Part shown: positions 14,840-27,531 of the stretch, piece after piece
Position numbering within the stretch: position 1 is the first letter of the stretch
Layout: every line of letters starts with the position of its first letter
Source: Octopus bimaculoides
Lineage: Eukaryota
Reading direction: 5' to 3'
Length of the DNA: 64,000 bases
Assembly (NCBI RefSeq): GCF_001194135.2
Contig: NC_068994.1
Location: forward strand, 21,344,108 to 21,408,107
The notes under the pieces: generated by a model
What the model was told of the DNA's origin: nothing
The model's input: only the letters and a program-made list of their open reading frames with translations
Database searches by the model: none
Position numbers and translations under genes: made by a program

Positions 14840-15080
14840 GCAAAAGTCAACCATGACAGAATTTCAACTCAGAAAGTTCCAAGTAAATACTGCAAAGCTT
14901 TTTGTTCAGCCTGTTATAACTTCCGCAGTTCCACAGACATAACAACATTTTCTTACTTTGGAACAAGACCACAATTTCGAGGTGAGGTGATGTAATCAAC
15001 CAGTATTTGAATGTTCTTGTTTTTTTGTCCCTAGAAGGATGAAAGATAAAGTTGACTCTAGATCTGACCAATGTTCTGCT
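14840..15080 (-). mobile_element. Degenerate ~200-bp SINE copy
   Basis: ccctagaaggatgaaagataaagttgactc motif shared with the 60-1110 array. Confidence 0.55.
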
Positions 15081-18000
15081 AATTTTGCCATCTATTAGAC
15101 TTCCTCATAATAATGATTTATTATATAAGCCTGAAACAAAGGAGGGGAATACATAATGGCTTTAAGGTCATTTGCAAAGTTCTTAATGTTGTTTCAACTG
15201 AAAGCAAATTCAATTAGGCAAGACCTTTCTATGGTAATTTAATCAAACATTACTCATGGTAATTATCATTTATAACTGGATTAACAGAATTGGTAGTGTA
15301 ATGGACAAAATATCTTGTACAATTTAGTTGGGTCCTTTTATGATCTGGTTCAAACTGTGCCAAAGTCAACTCTTTTTTTTTTTTCACTCATTCAGGCTTG
15401 ATGAAATTAATAAGTCAAGCTCTGATATTGTTCCCTCTAGTGTCTGGCCTTCTGCATTAGAAATTATAATTATTAGGAGAATATTTTGAGGAAGTAGACA
15501 GAGTCGGATTTGAAGTTTTACAGTATGCAAAGGTTAGTTTCTCATTGCTCTGTGTTCTAATCCCACTAGGGATGATTCTGTCTTTCACCATTAAAAGGAG
15601 TATAGTACCAGAAATACATTATAGCATACAACAAGAATTCATGTAGTCAAACTAATATTTTTGTAAAATAATATCTTTGGCCTGCCTGAGGTCTTAAAGA
15701 TATATATCCTAAGAATATTAGCAATGTAAGTGAAGCAGAAAATTCAATAAAAGTCATTAAGATAAATTTTCTATATAAATAGTTTAAAACGGTAAGAAAT
15801 CTTTACAAACAATACTAATTAAATGACAAAATGAAATGGCGTTCAAATGTAAACTAGGGAAAATTTAATGTTCTAGCCATAAATTAAACACTTGTATCCT
15901 ACAATATGACCCACAGCATGTATTAAACTATTTAATATTTTCAAATGTAAAATTTTAAACATATGTCATAACACACAATTCTGCAACCAAAGCAGCAAAA
16001 TAAGTTTTTGTTTCAGTCAAACCTTTCCTTGTTCTAATGTCTCAATCACCACCAAAATGTGCTTAACCAAATGATACTCAAGAGATACTGACAAATTGAA
16101 ATAAGCTGTTATGATTGAAAATACTGTTAAGGGATGAAAATTAAACTCACTATTCATTCAACTCTCAAAGTTTCTGATAATTGTTAAGAAATTTTGGGAA
16201 TATAATAAAATATAATAGTCTTGAACAGCTTAGAGACTTCAAAAAGATAGATGCTTTGCAGTTTTAGAGGCACACACACACACATACACTAAAATAATGT
16301 AACTGGTGTCTAGTAGGAAATCTAATTTTTTTTTTGTAAAGAATGCTTTAAGCTTTTTGTGGAAATTTTAGTTTTTGTATTTCCATTAAGAATAATGAAT
16401 GTTCTTTCTCACTCTCATAAGTTAGTAAAGAGAAAAAAGGAGATATAATAGCAATTCTTAAATTACTTGCAAAACCTAGTGGCTCATAAAATTGGTATTA
16501 GCTATGAAGTAGATAAGAAAAATGTTTTATCAGGAAAGGGCGCTAGTCCATCACAGGTAATTTTTCCAGGGGGCCTGATAATATCTATTTTCCAGTAAGT
16601 AAAATTAATGTGAAATTAAACATGTTTTGTCTAGTAACAACGAAATGTAGGATATTTATCAACTCTTATTATTTATGTCTATCAAAATAATAATTATTTT
16701 GCATCTATCTAAATAAAACTAATGACCATACACAGCACTTAAGTTTCACAGAGAATTGGGATTAAATTTTGCTTTATCAGTTAACATCAATTAATATTTC
16801 AAAACAAAGAAAATATAAGATATAAAAACCTGGCAAAAATTTCCATTCTCAGCTTTGTGGACTATGAAATATAAATTGCTTTTTTCTCAAGATATACAAA
16901 ATGTTAAGTGTCTGTTTGTATGCCAAAAATGTGTGGTACATGCCTGGCCTGTGTCACATCACAGGACAAAACTTAAATTAGGGAAAGCAAGAAATTGCAG
17001 AAAGTTAAAATTCAAAATTAAAACTCCCCAGCAAAACGCTAGAATCCTCTCAGGACAATTTGGAGGTTTAAATAAGGAAAGGAAAGTGTGTCATATAAAT
17101 AACAAAAATCAAATTATTCCATAAAAAAATAGATTATCTATAAGGTTATCAACAACAACAAAACAACAACAGCAACAACAACATCACCACCAATATACTT
17201 ATGCGACAGAAGGGGCTTGTCCACAGCTTCCAGCAGTAGAGGAAAGAATGTAAAAACAATAAGCTATTCTTAAATCTATAATTTGTAGAATGAACCTAAC
17301 AGACAGGTAAAAAAGCTATGTAATTAATAATTGATGACAAAAGCTTGACGAAGAATAACCCAGCATAGTCTAATATCACAACAACATTGATTTTGTTGCT
17401 GAGTATATTTAAGATATCAACAATGTATTTATCTGTTCTGGCAACACATACCAAGGACTAGTGACAGTGTCAATTTAATATTAAGGATTTTAGAACTTTG
17501 CAGCATGTCTGCTTAAGCTGATACCTTAAAAAAAAATTAAGAATTAGGTTAGCCAGGATATTGTGTGAGACTAAAATGCTACTACTTATCATTGCATATA
17601 CAACTTCTGATAATTCTAACTGCAGTCCACAAAAAAATGAATAAATAGCCACTTAGAACTAGACAATTGCAGAAACCACAAATTAATAAAATATTCAAGA
17701 ACATTATGAAGTATCAATACATCAATTACTAATAAACAAAACTTTACCTTTTCATTTATTGAAATCCACTATCTATAAACATTTAAAAAGAAGATAGAGT
17801 GGTACCCCAGAAGAAATGTATCCAGAGTTTGTTATATAGTTTAATGCCTGTATCGAACTATGTTACCTAAGAGTACACAGAAAATGTGATATATTTTCAA
17901 ATAAACAGGTGTACTTGGATACAGACACATATGCACTCACACATGCACACACAATATATAAGTTGCTTTATAGAAAAAAAAATCTAAGTTTAAACTTTTA

Positions 18001-18336
18001 ATATGATTATCTGGCTGTGTATTAGGTCCACAGGCTTTCATAAATAACATCATGGTAATTAGCAAAAAAGTAGGATTAGGTAAGAAAATAAAAAGGAAAA
18101 ATTTAAAAGGTGAGTGGTTGATTAACACTAATTAAAAAAGAAAGTAGCCTCACTGTCAAGAAATTAGTGATACATAATCTTGATAAAAACAATTTCTTGC
18201 TTTTTCTTTTCCAATATACCAACACCTGATTTTTTTTTTTTTTTTTCAGAAATATTACAGCAGTTCCTCCTCACAATCACTAAAACAACTCAATAAAAAA
18301 TCAATTACAAAACCAAACTATGTGTTTGTGCATGTA

Positions 18337-18392
<56 letters not shown>

Positions 18393-18996
18393 CATACATA
18401 CATACACACACACACGCTTTCCATTTTTTTTTTGACTAGATTATAAGCGATGTAGCAAATTATTTAAGAAGGAGAAAGAAGAGGGCAGATAAACATTAAT
18501 GGTTTAAGTAGTTTCAGAGTATTGGATATCAACCTTTGCTTGACCTGCCCTCTTCAATTACATATCTGGTGCACATGTTTTAATACATATTGCACACTTA
18601 ATTAGATCATCTCAACCCATTCTTTGAAGGTCCACTCCTTCATTATTGTTATGGAGATTACAAAAATAAATAAAATTTCCAAGGCAAAATAATAAGATAT
18701 TAAAAAAAATACACAAAATTTTTTTAAATCAAACAAAATGACACCCCACCCCCAGACAAACAAGCAACAAACATACAACCAGCAAAACAGTAATATTAAG
18801 GCTATGTGCCAAACACAGATTAGGTTAGGTAGAGATATGTGCATACACAATACACACACAAATATTATATATATATATATATATAGAGAGAGAGATAGAT
18901 AGATATATATATATGCTTGTGTGTGTGTAGACAATCATACACACAGACACACACATATATATATAAGCATAAATATATACTTACACGTATATGTAG

Positions 18997-19041
<45 letters not shown>

Positions 19042-19775
19042 CATACACACACACATATACATGTGTACACATATACATGTGTACACATATACATGTATAC
19101 ACATGCACATATACAAGCACAAATACATACACATGGTGATTAATAAGACTCTTTAGCATTAATATAAACTGGCTAACAACTGAGGTCATTTGCACTTCTA
19201 AGATATTATATCTCTCATTCAGTATTACTCCCTCGCAACTCCGATCTCTTCACCACAGCCTTCACCAACTTTCCCATTACATTCATTAAATGCCTCCAGA
19301 TCCCAGTCCTACTTTGACTGTCACAGCTCAGGGATTCCAGGATAGCTTGTCTACTGCCCTGCCATTCATACTGCTAGCTGCCTGGAGCACCCCGGGCAAA
19401 TGTACTAGGTATGCCCAGACAAATGAACAGGATTATCGTTATTGTGACAGTTTCAAGACAAGGAATATTCTCTTATTGTTATATAATGATATTCTACTAA
19501 AATATACAAAACAATATATATATTTATCAAAAGATATTCACAACAAAAATAGGAAAGAGTGTATTAAAAATATATACAAAACAAAATTATAACAAAATAA
19601 AAAATAAAATTTTTAGATATCACTTAGATGCTAAAGGAAGTTCTAAATCACCCTTGTTTGTGTAAGCATGTGTGTGAGTGTATTTGTGCATGTATGTACA
19701 AATATATGTATATATGTATGTGTGTAAGTATATGAATATATATACACACACACATACATATGCATATACACATTC

Positions 19776-19779
<4 letters not shown>

Positions 19780-19814
<35 letters not shown>

Positions 19815-19825
19815 CACACACATGT

Positions 19826-19910
<85 letters not shown>
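19780..19910. repeat. Compound (TG)n/(CA)n/(TA)n microsatellite
   Basis: Directly visible; about 40 TA units. Confidence 0.98.
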
Positions 19911-19911
<1 letters not shown>

Positions 19912-20588
19912 ATATGCATATATATGTATATACATATACACACACATATACATAATACGTATATACACACAAATATAAAATCATATACATAAATAGGCAT
20001 ATATATACACACACATACAGATATATATGTGTGTATAATACAAACAATCATGTATATAATAAACATTATATGCACACTTGTTTTTGTGTATATGTGTGTG
20101 TGTGTGTGTGTGCGCACAGGTATATGTATGAGAATATAGATATATGAAGGAGAATTTTTGCAATAAGCGCTGATGAATATTGTGCAGTTATATCTGAGAA
20201 AGGGGTTTTTATGTGCATGTGAAGTTAAAAATTTGAATATCTATATAAATCCATATTAAAAAAGTCTTTAGGAAAAAAATATTTTCCAAATAGCCTAAAC
20301 ATTATACAATAGACATTTAGCTGCTAGTTCTGCTGTTGTTGTTGTTGCTCTCAAGGATTTACTTTGCATTCACTAATAAAAAAACCTTTGTTAATAATTC
20401 TTTCTTGGTGTTCTCCATGAAATATATCTCTTGCAAATCTCCTATCCAGTCAAGTTATGCTCCACATCCCCAAGCTCCACCAGCTTGAAGTGTTGATCAC
20501 TGTTACATACAGCAACAGATAGAATTATCTTATCAACACAAGTCAGTGAGATCAATCAAATTGAAGATGAGAAACAGAAAGTAGAGAG

Positions 20589-20634
<46 letters not shown>

Positions 20635-22261
20635 NNNNNNNNNNNNNNNNNNNNNNNNNNNNNNNNNNNNNNNNNNNNNNNNNNNNNNNNNNNNNNNNNN
20701 NNNNNNNNNNNNNNNNNNNNNNNNNNNNNNNNNNNNNNNNNNNNNNNNNNNNNNNNNNNNNNNNNNNNNNNNNNNNNNNNNNNNNNNNNNNNNNNNNNNN
20801 NNNNNNNNNNNNNNNNNNNNNNNNNNNNNNNNNNNNNNNNNNNNNNNNNNNNNNNNNNNNNNNNNNNNNNNNNNNNNNNNNNNNNNNNNNNNNNNNNNNN
20901 NNNNNNNNNNNNNNNNNNNNNNNNNNNNNNNNNNNNNNNNNNNNNNNNNNNNNNNNNNNNNNNNNNNNNNNNNNNNNNNNNNNNNNNNNNNNNNNNNNNN
21001 NNNNNNNNNNNNNNNNNNNNNNNNNNNNNNNNNNNNNNNNNNNNNNNNNNNNNNNNNNNNNNNNNNNNNNNNNNNNNNNNNNNNNNNNNNNNNNNNNNNN
21101 NNNNNNNNNNNNNNNNNNNNNNNNNNNNNNNNNNNNNNNNNNNNNNNNNNNNNNNNNNNNNNNNNNNNNNNNNNNNNNNNNNNNNNNNNNNNNNNNNNNN
21201 NNNNNNNNNNNNNNNNNNNNNNNNNNNNNNNNNNNNNNNNNNNNNNNNNNNNNNNNNNNNNNNNNNNNNNNNNNNNNNNNNNNNNNNNNNNNNNNNNNNN
21301 NNNNNNNNNNNNNNNNNNNNNNNNNNNNNNNNNNNNNNNNNNNNNNNNNNNNNNNNNNNNNNNNNNNNNNNNNNNNNNNNTTTTCTCTTCTGTCTTCAAA
21401 AAAATATTTTAAGAAACAAAACAAAATGAAAACTATCTTGTCTTGTTCTTTATAAGGATTATTAGTGTTTTTTTTTTTTTTACATATCTTCCAATCTTCA
21501 GTGAAAATGGTTCTCGGTTTGTTTATTTAAAAAATAAAACAAATAAAAAATACAATAAAAATAGAACATTTAGCATAACAAGATCAAGCCAAAAATATAA
21601 ATAAAAATTTTAAAAAACATTATCAATAATAATAATAATACATACATAAAAAAGTCTTCAACTTTCTGTTTAACAAGACATACACACATCAGTAATCAAG
21701 AAGGTATGTATATGCTTGTTTGTATGTGAGGAAATAGAAGCATATAATTTATCAATGTGAATGTGTTAATATGTTGCACAAATGCATGTATATACATAGA
21801 TGCATTTACAGATGAACATACATATACAAACACAGACACACTTTATACACATACATACCATTTTAACAGCTCATAGATACAATCAACAACACCTAGGTTG
21901 ACAAATGGTGTATGCTATTCCACTGAAATATAAAATCTGCTTGTGTTTTTTTTTTAATAAGAAACAGAAAAAAAAAGTAAAAAACACCAGCTAGTTAATT
22001 TTGGTAGCCATGGGCAACTTGATAATACATATATTTTTTTGTAGCTATTGGGAGTGGAAGTTGAACTTGTGCAGTTTCAATAAAGCTATGAATAGAATAT
22101 GCCTGCAGAACAACAGACAGAAATTATGGACACATGTAATGCCATATAAGTAAGCCATCCCTCAACGTTGCAAAATAGTCACTGTCACCCAGAATTATGT
22201 AACCATGCCATTACATACACACACACACACACATACATGCATGTGAGTGTGTGTGCGCGTA

Positions 22262-22312
<51 letters not shown>

Positions 22313-24363
22313 GCGAATATTTCACACACACACACAAATATATAAACATATTCAAATATTACAATCAACATATCTTGCATGCTACTATGCAAATGTATGT
22401 ATAAGCATCTCTCATGTTACGGAAGCATTATATTCACCCAAATTTTGCCATAAATGTGAAATTTTGTATCATGAAACATATTTTCCCACAACTTCCATGT
22501 GACATGGAAGTTAATGGGAAACAGGTTTCACAAATGCAATGCTTTTGTAACATAAGGAATGCCTGTACACTTGTATGTGTGTGCACACCATCCACATATA
22601 ATCTAAGTGAAAGGAATGGCATGGCATGATGTGGTTCAAGAGTAGATTTACTAGAAATGAGCTTTTCTAACAAACCTTACTCCATGAATCCAATAAAATT
22701 AATTAGATTAGTCAGAAGTAAGACTGCCTAAACAATGGTCTCCATGGGTTAAAGATCAAGCCAACTAAAGTCTAAGACCAAACTAGTTGCATCAAGGGGA
22801 GTATAATTTCTTCTCCTGACACTTCCAATATCTAGAGGTGAAACCAAACAAACTGATCAAAGATGTAGCTACCCCCATTTTGAAGTTCATAAGTTGAAAG
22901 TCAGTCAAGAAAAATCTTATATGCTTATTTTTAGTGAACTCCATCTCACTTTGATAAACAGTTATAAAACATTTTTACTCCAACATTGCATAATCTACCA
23001 AAGACAACAGCTTCTACTGTTCACAGAATCTAGAGGCATCTAAACACAAAGAATGGTAGTATTGGTCACTGAGTTGGAAAGAACTGGTAACACTGCCAAT
23101 AAAGATGCTTCAAATACATTTTCTTGGGAAAGATTCAGTGAAGTAGTTCTCTGAGTTGATATAAAGACTAAACAATGTCTCCAGACCTGTTTACATATTT
23201 CTGGCAGCTATGTGAACTGAGTCCAAGTTAAGCTCCATAGCTAGAAGCACAAGGCATTGCAGCAGGTTTGGAACTCACAATAAATAAGTCTGTCAGTCCA
23301 ATACCTTTTCTGCTTAGTTATTTCATCTCTGGCAATATAGAATATATCAACAGTCTATAAAAATCATTATATCTACTGGTTCAATAATTAAGTTGTTGCT
23401 GTTGATATAGTTGCTTTTGTTGGCAGTAATAGTAGTAATAATATAGTTGAAGTTTTTAACACATTTTCTGAATATTTTTCATTTAAAATATATAACATAG
23501 CTTTGGTTCATAATGACACATCCCTCATCTCCCAAATCCCAGACATTGAACATGTTTTAGGTTTGGGATTTTAACTTTTCCATTCAAATTTGTGTTCTTA
23601 GAGAGAAGAGCAAGTTTCTATCTTTGTTATTAGTTTCAGTTAATTTTATATTTTGTTCACTTCATTTGTTAAGCCAATTGTTACATTGCTGGACATACTT
23701 GGAATATATTATGGTAAATGAAATTCATTTTACAGAATTATCATCGTCATTACTATTATTATTATTATTACTATTAATGGTGGTATAGTTGATAGTAGTA
23801 ATATTAGTTTCAACAAATGGCAGTATGTGAGAGGAACTGGCAAGTACCTAGAGAAATGCAAATATGCTTGTGCACACATCTATGCATATACTCTAAGCAA
23901 AATAAAAATATTACAAAATAAAAATGCATAAAAAAATAAAAATATAATACTTTAAAAAAAACTTTGAAGAAAGGATGAGTGTGACTGAGTGAGCAGAAAA
24001 AGAGGCCAGTTATAATATAACCCATTTGTCTTCACAATCAAGAGACCAAATTTTTAAGGTTGATCAAATATAGAGTTATCAAAATATTGGCCTGACCACA
24101 AATATTTAAAAAAAAATTAAAAAAAAAAGAAAGAAAAAAAAACCTTGGGAGGAATTGTTTTATATGTAGCAGACTTTAAAGACTGCTGCAATAGTTTTCT
24201 TCTAAATGAAGTGCCAAAATTGGTTGTAGAACACTTGAATTGTTTTACCAAGTCNNNNNNNNNNAGGAATTCAAGTTCTTGTATCTTTCCATGAGTTACA
24301 AGTTTTTTGTTTTTTTTTTGCAATGAATTTGCTTATACATATAAAACAAAAATAAATAACAAC

Positions 24364-24405
<42 letters not shown>

Positions 24406-24976
24406 TAATATACACACACACACACACAAATATATATACATACATACATGTGCATACATAAATATATATATATATATATTTATGCTTATGTATGTGTGTG
24501 TGCGTGTGTGTTAAACTCCACACATATACCTATATATTTATAATGAAAAGTAAAAACACTTTAAAAAAATAATACCTAAAATATAATTTAAAAATTTCCA
24601 AAGAATACAAAAAGGAAAAAGGTTTCTCATTAGAAAAACAAATTCAATGCCTCCTAGTAGTAATATAAGATCGCAATGAATGAAAACAAGCAAGCAAAGA
24701 TGTTGCCAGATTAATTTGTTCTCCGATAGCTAGTGTTCAGACGATAACCGGATAGGGTTAACAATGGAAAGTTAGCCAAATACATTGATCTGTCTGGCAA
24801 TGCATCTAGACGCCGAGCTATCATTCCAGGCTTTTTTCATTTTTCTTTTGCTTCCTTTTTCTTCTTCTTCTTCTTCTTTTTCTAAAACATTTGTGTTCAT
24901 CCATCTAGAACTCAATTCTACTTCTTTCAAATACAGCCAACATGGACTGGTATTTTGATGTGTTGGCATGTCCGAA

Positions 24977-25204
24977 CTAGCACCATCGGAAAGGGACAGC
25001 CCGTGGTCGGTCAGCCCCTTCTTTGACAAGTGGCTTGTGAAACTCTCGGCCAGGCCGTGTGTGAATGGTGGCCCAACAATTCTCACAATAGTACTGCAGA
25101 CAAGTCACATTGGCACAGAAGAAGGGGGCAAATTTTCCCCCACAGCGAGCTCCTTGACACTCATCACACATTTGGTCATCTAAGACGTAAGGCTTCACCT
25201 CGAC
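24977..25204 (-). CDS. CPEB2/3/4 (orb2): CPEB terminal coding exon, ZZ zinc-binding domain, ending FRWC-TAG
   Basis: Acceptor ttgtgttgtag|GTC. Cys/His pattern CDEC..C......C...C..YYC..CW..IH......H. Stop TAG at 24979-24977. Confidence 0.97.
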   Translation of the reverse strand, partial: VEVKPYVLDDQMCDECQGARCGGKFAPFFCANVTCLQYYCENCWATIHTRPGREFHKPLVKEGADRPRAVPFRWC

Positions 25205-25671
25205 CTACAACACAATATAATTGAAAATAGACATTGGTGAAAAATGTAATATGGCAGCAGAAATATAATAAAAGGAATAGTTATTTAGAAAAAAATGTAA
25301 TGTTGAACATTTTATCTGTTATGTAATTGTTTTGCAAGATTCCTGATGTGAAATTGTGTGTTGAAACAGATACAGTTATATTTGGGGGGATGGTCTTCTT
25401 GTTTCCCACTCCAATCTGTTTCCAAGTAAAATAATATTTCCCTTGGTCTGTTGAACATGACAATAACAACACATGATTTCACAGATGATTGCAAATGAAC
25501 AACACCATTTGTATAATGATGTCATTTCTTTACAACTATCACAGGATGTCACACACACAAATATAAATTGTACCGTTTACTTGTTGATAAGACTTACAAA
25601 AAAATTACTCAATCCAGTGAGAAATAAATATCATTTAATGAATACAGGCATTGTATGTTACATATACATAT

Positions 25672-25703
<32 letters not shown>

Positions 25704-27482
25704 TTTGCTCCCGCTTCACTATGATTACTTGCTGCTATTTCTATTTGCTATGGCAAAATCGTCCATTTCATTTGACCATTTCTGGTTGTAGATTATATAA
25801 AGGACCTTTAGCACATGGTTTTTCACATTCATGCCACTTACTTTACTGTTGTTGACACTTCTGATATGCACAGCTAAGAATTTCTCTCGATTTAAATCGT
25901 TTCATTCATTCATCTAACCTGTATTACTAACATGTACTTTTGTAACTTGTAATTATTTAAATCAATACTTCAAATAACTTTCATATTGTAATTCCCTACA
26001 ACCTTAGTTTTCTCTCCCTGTTTCATAATGTTTTCATCACTGTTCTATAAAATTTGTAAGCATCTTGTTTTACTTATGTCTCTCACTATTGCCATGTTTC
26101 TCCCATTTGTAGGCACTCTTGTTTTAAACTGGTCATCAAGCCAAGTAGAACTGCAGTCATGGCAGAAACCAGTGTCATGCAAATGGCACCCATGCTGGTG
26201 GCATGTAAAAGCATCCATTACACTTTTGGAGTGGTTGGCATTAGGAAGGGCATCTAGCCATAGAAACCATGCCAAAACAGACTAGAGTCTGGTGCAGTCT
26301 TCCAGCTTGTCAGCCCTGGTCGAACCGTCCAACCAATTCAGAAGGTCCTTAAGCTTCCAGATCCTTCTTTTTCATGCTGGTCGTCTTCTGGGCAGCCATT
26401 TAGCCCTTGTCCTGAAGTCGCTAACTACTAACCTATGTTGTGGGGTGCATTCTTCAGCTGGGAAAGTTTTGGCATTTATAATTAGCCATCTTTCCTATTT
26501 CCTGGCGAGAATGCAGTCAATCTGACTAGTGTGCCCAGTAGACTGGTAGGTGAACAGGTGACTGGCAGATTTCCTGAAGTTAGTATTACAGATCATAAGA
26601 TCATTTGCATCACAGAACTCTAGCAGCCTGGTTCCCTCCTCATTGTGGGAACCAAATCTGTAGCCACCATGTACACCATGGAAGCTCCCTGGATATTGTT
26701 CAACATGCCTGTTGAAATCACCAGCCACAAAGAGAAGCTCTTTGTCATTTGTCAAAGAGGTAGTCTGCAAGAGGGTGTCATAAAACCAGTCTTTCTGTTC
26801 ATCAGGTAGCTCTGGCCGAGGGGCATAAGCCAAGATAATGGTTGCTAATCCATGTTGCAGTGCAAGTCTAAGCTTAAGTATTTTATCACAGACTCTGATC
26901 AATACATATTACACTTGTCAATAGAACCATCTCCATTAACATCCGACTATAGATATCAGACAGCCAGGAAACCTCCTTTATTAAGAATACAATAACAGTA
27001 AGTTGTTTTTGTTTGGGACCTAATATTTGCTTGCAATGAAGAACAGGGGAAAAGATTAATATAAAAAAAGAGTTACAATAATGTGAAATTAGAATAACTT
27101 ATGTCTGTTAATGAAAACAGTTGGCTTTTGCATTACTTTTAGGATAACCCTCATGCACATACACACACACACACACACGAGTGTGTGTGTGTGTGATCAA
27201 CTCGCCTGTCAAAGACAACATATGAATGTTCAGCTTTTTGTCAAATGACCTGCATAAATGATTTGTTTATAGTGATCAAATGTTTTTGTTGCACATTAGC
27301 TCACTCTCTCCATCAAGTCAATGTTGTCTGAACAGGAGCACAGTGTACCATGTGTCAGGTGTTGAAGGGATCTCAAAGTAATGCGAGATGAAGCATTTTG
27401 CTCAAGAACACAACGTACCACCCAGTCTAGGAATTGTAATCATGATCCCATGATCGTGAATGCAACATCGTAACCACCAGGC

Positions 27483-27531
<49 letters not shown>

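Larger units (their letters stand above)
11418..24976 (-). promoter_or_regulatory. Putative long 3' UTR of the CPEB gene; extent uncertain
   Basis: Follows the stop codon. Many U-rich tracts on the minus strand, CPE motifs, and no coding exon found. Candidate poly(A) signals: AATAAA at 21522-21527, 17755-17760, 13834-13839 and 11675-11680; ATTAAA at 11437-11442. Confidence 0.4.

Noticed and set aside
24905-24979. Stop-codon readthrough (23 open codons after TAG)
   Set aside because: TAG-TTC is not a leaky context, and a 23-codon open stretch is unremarkable.
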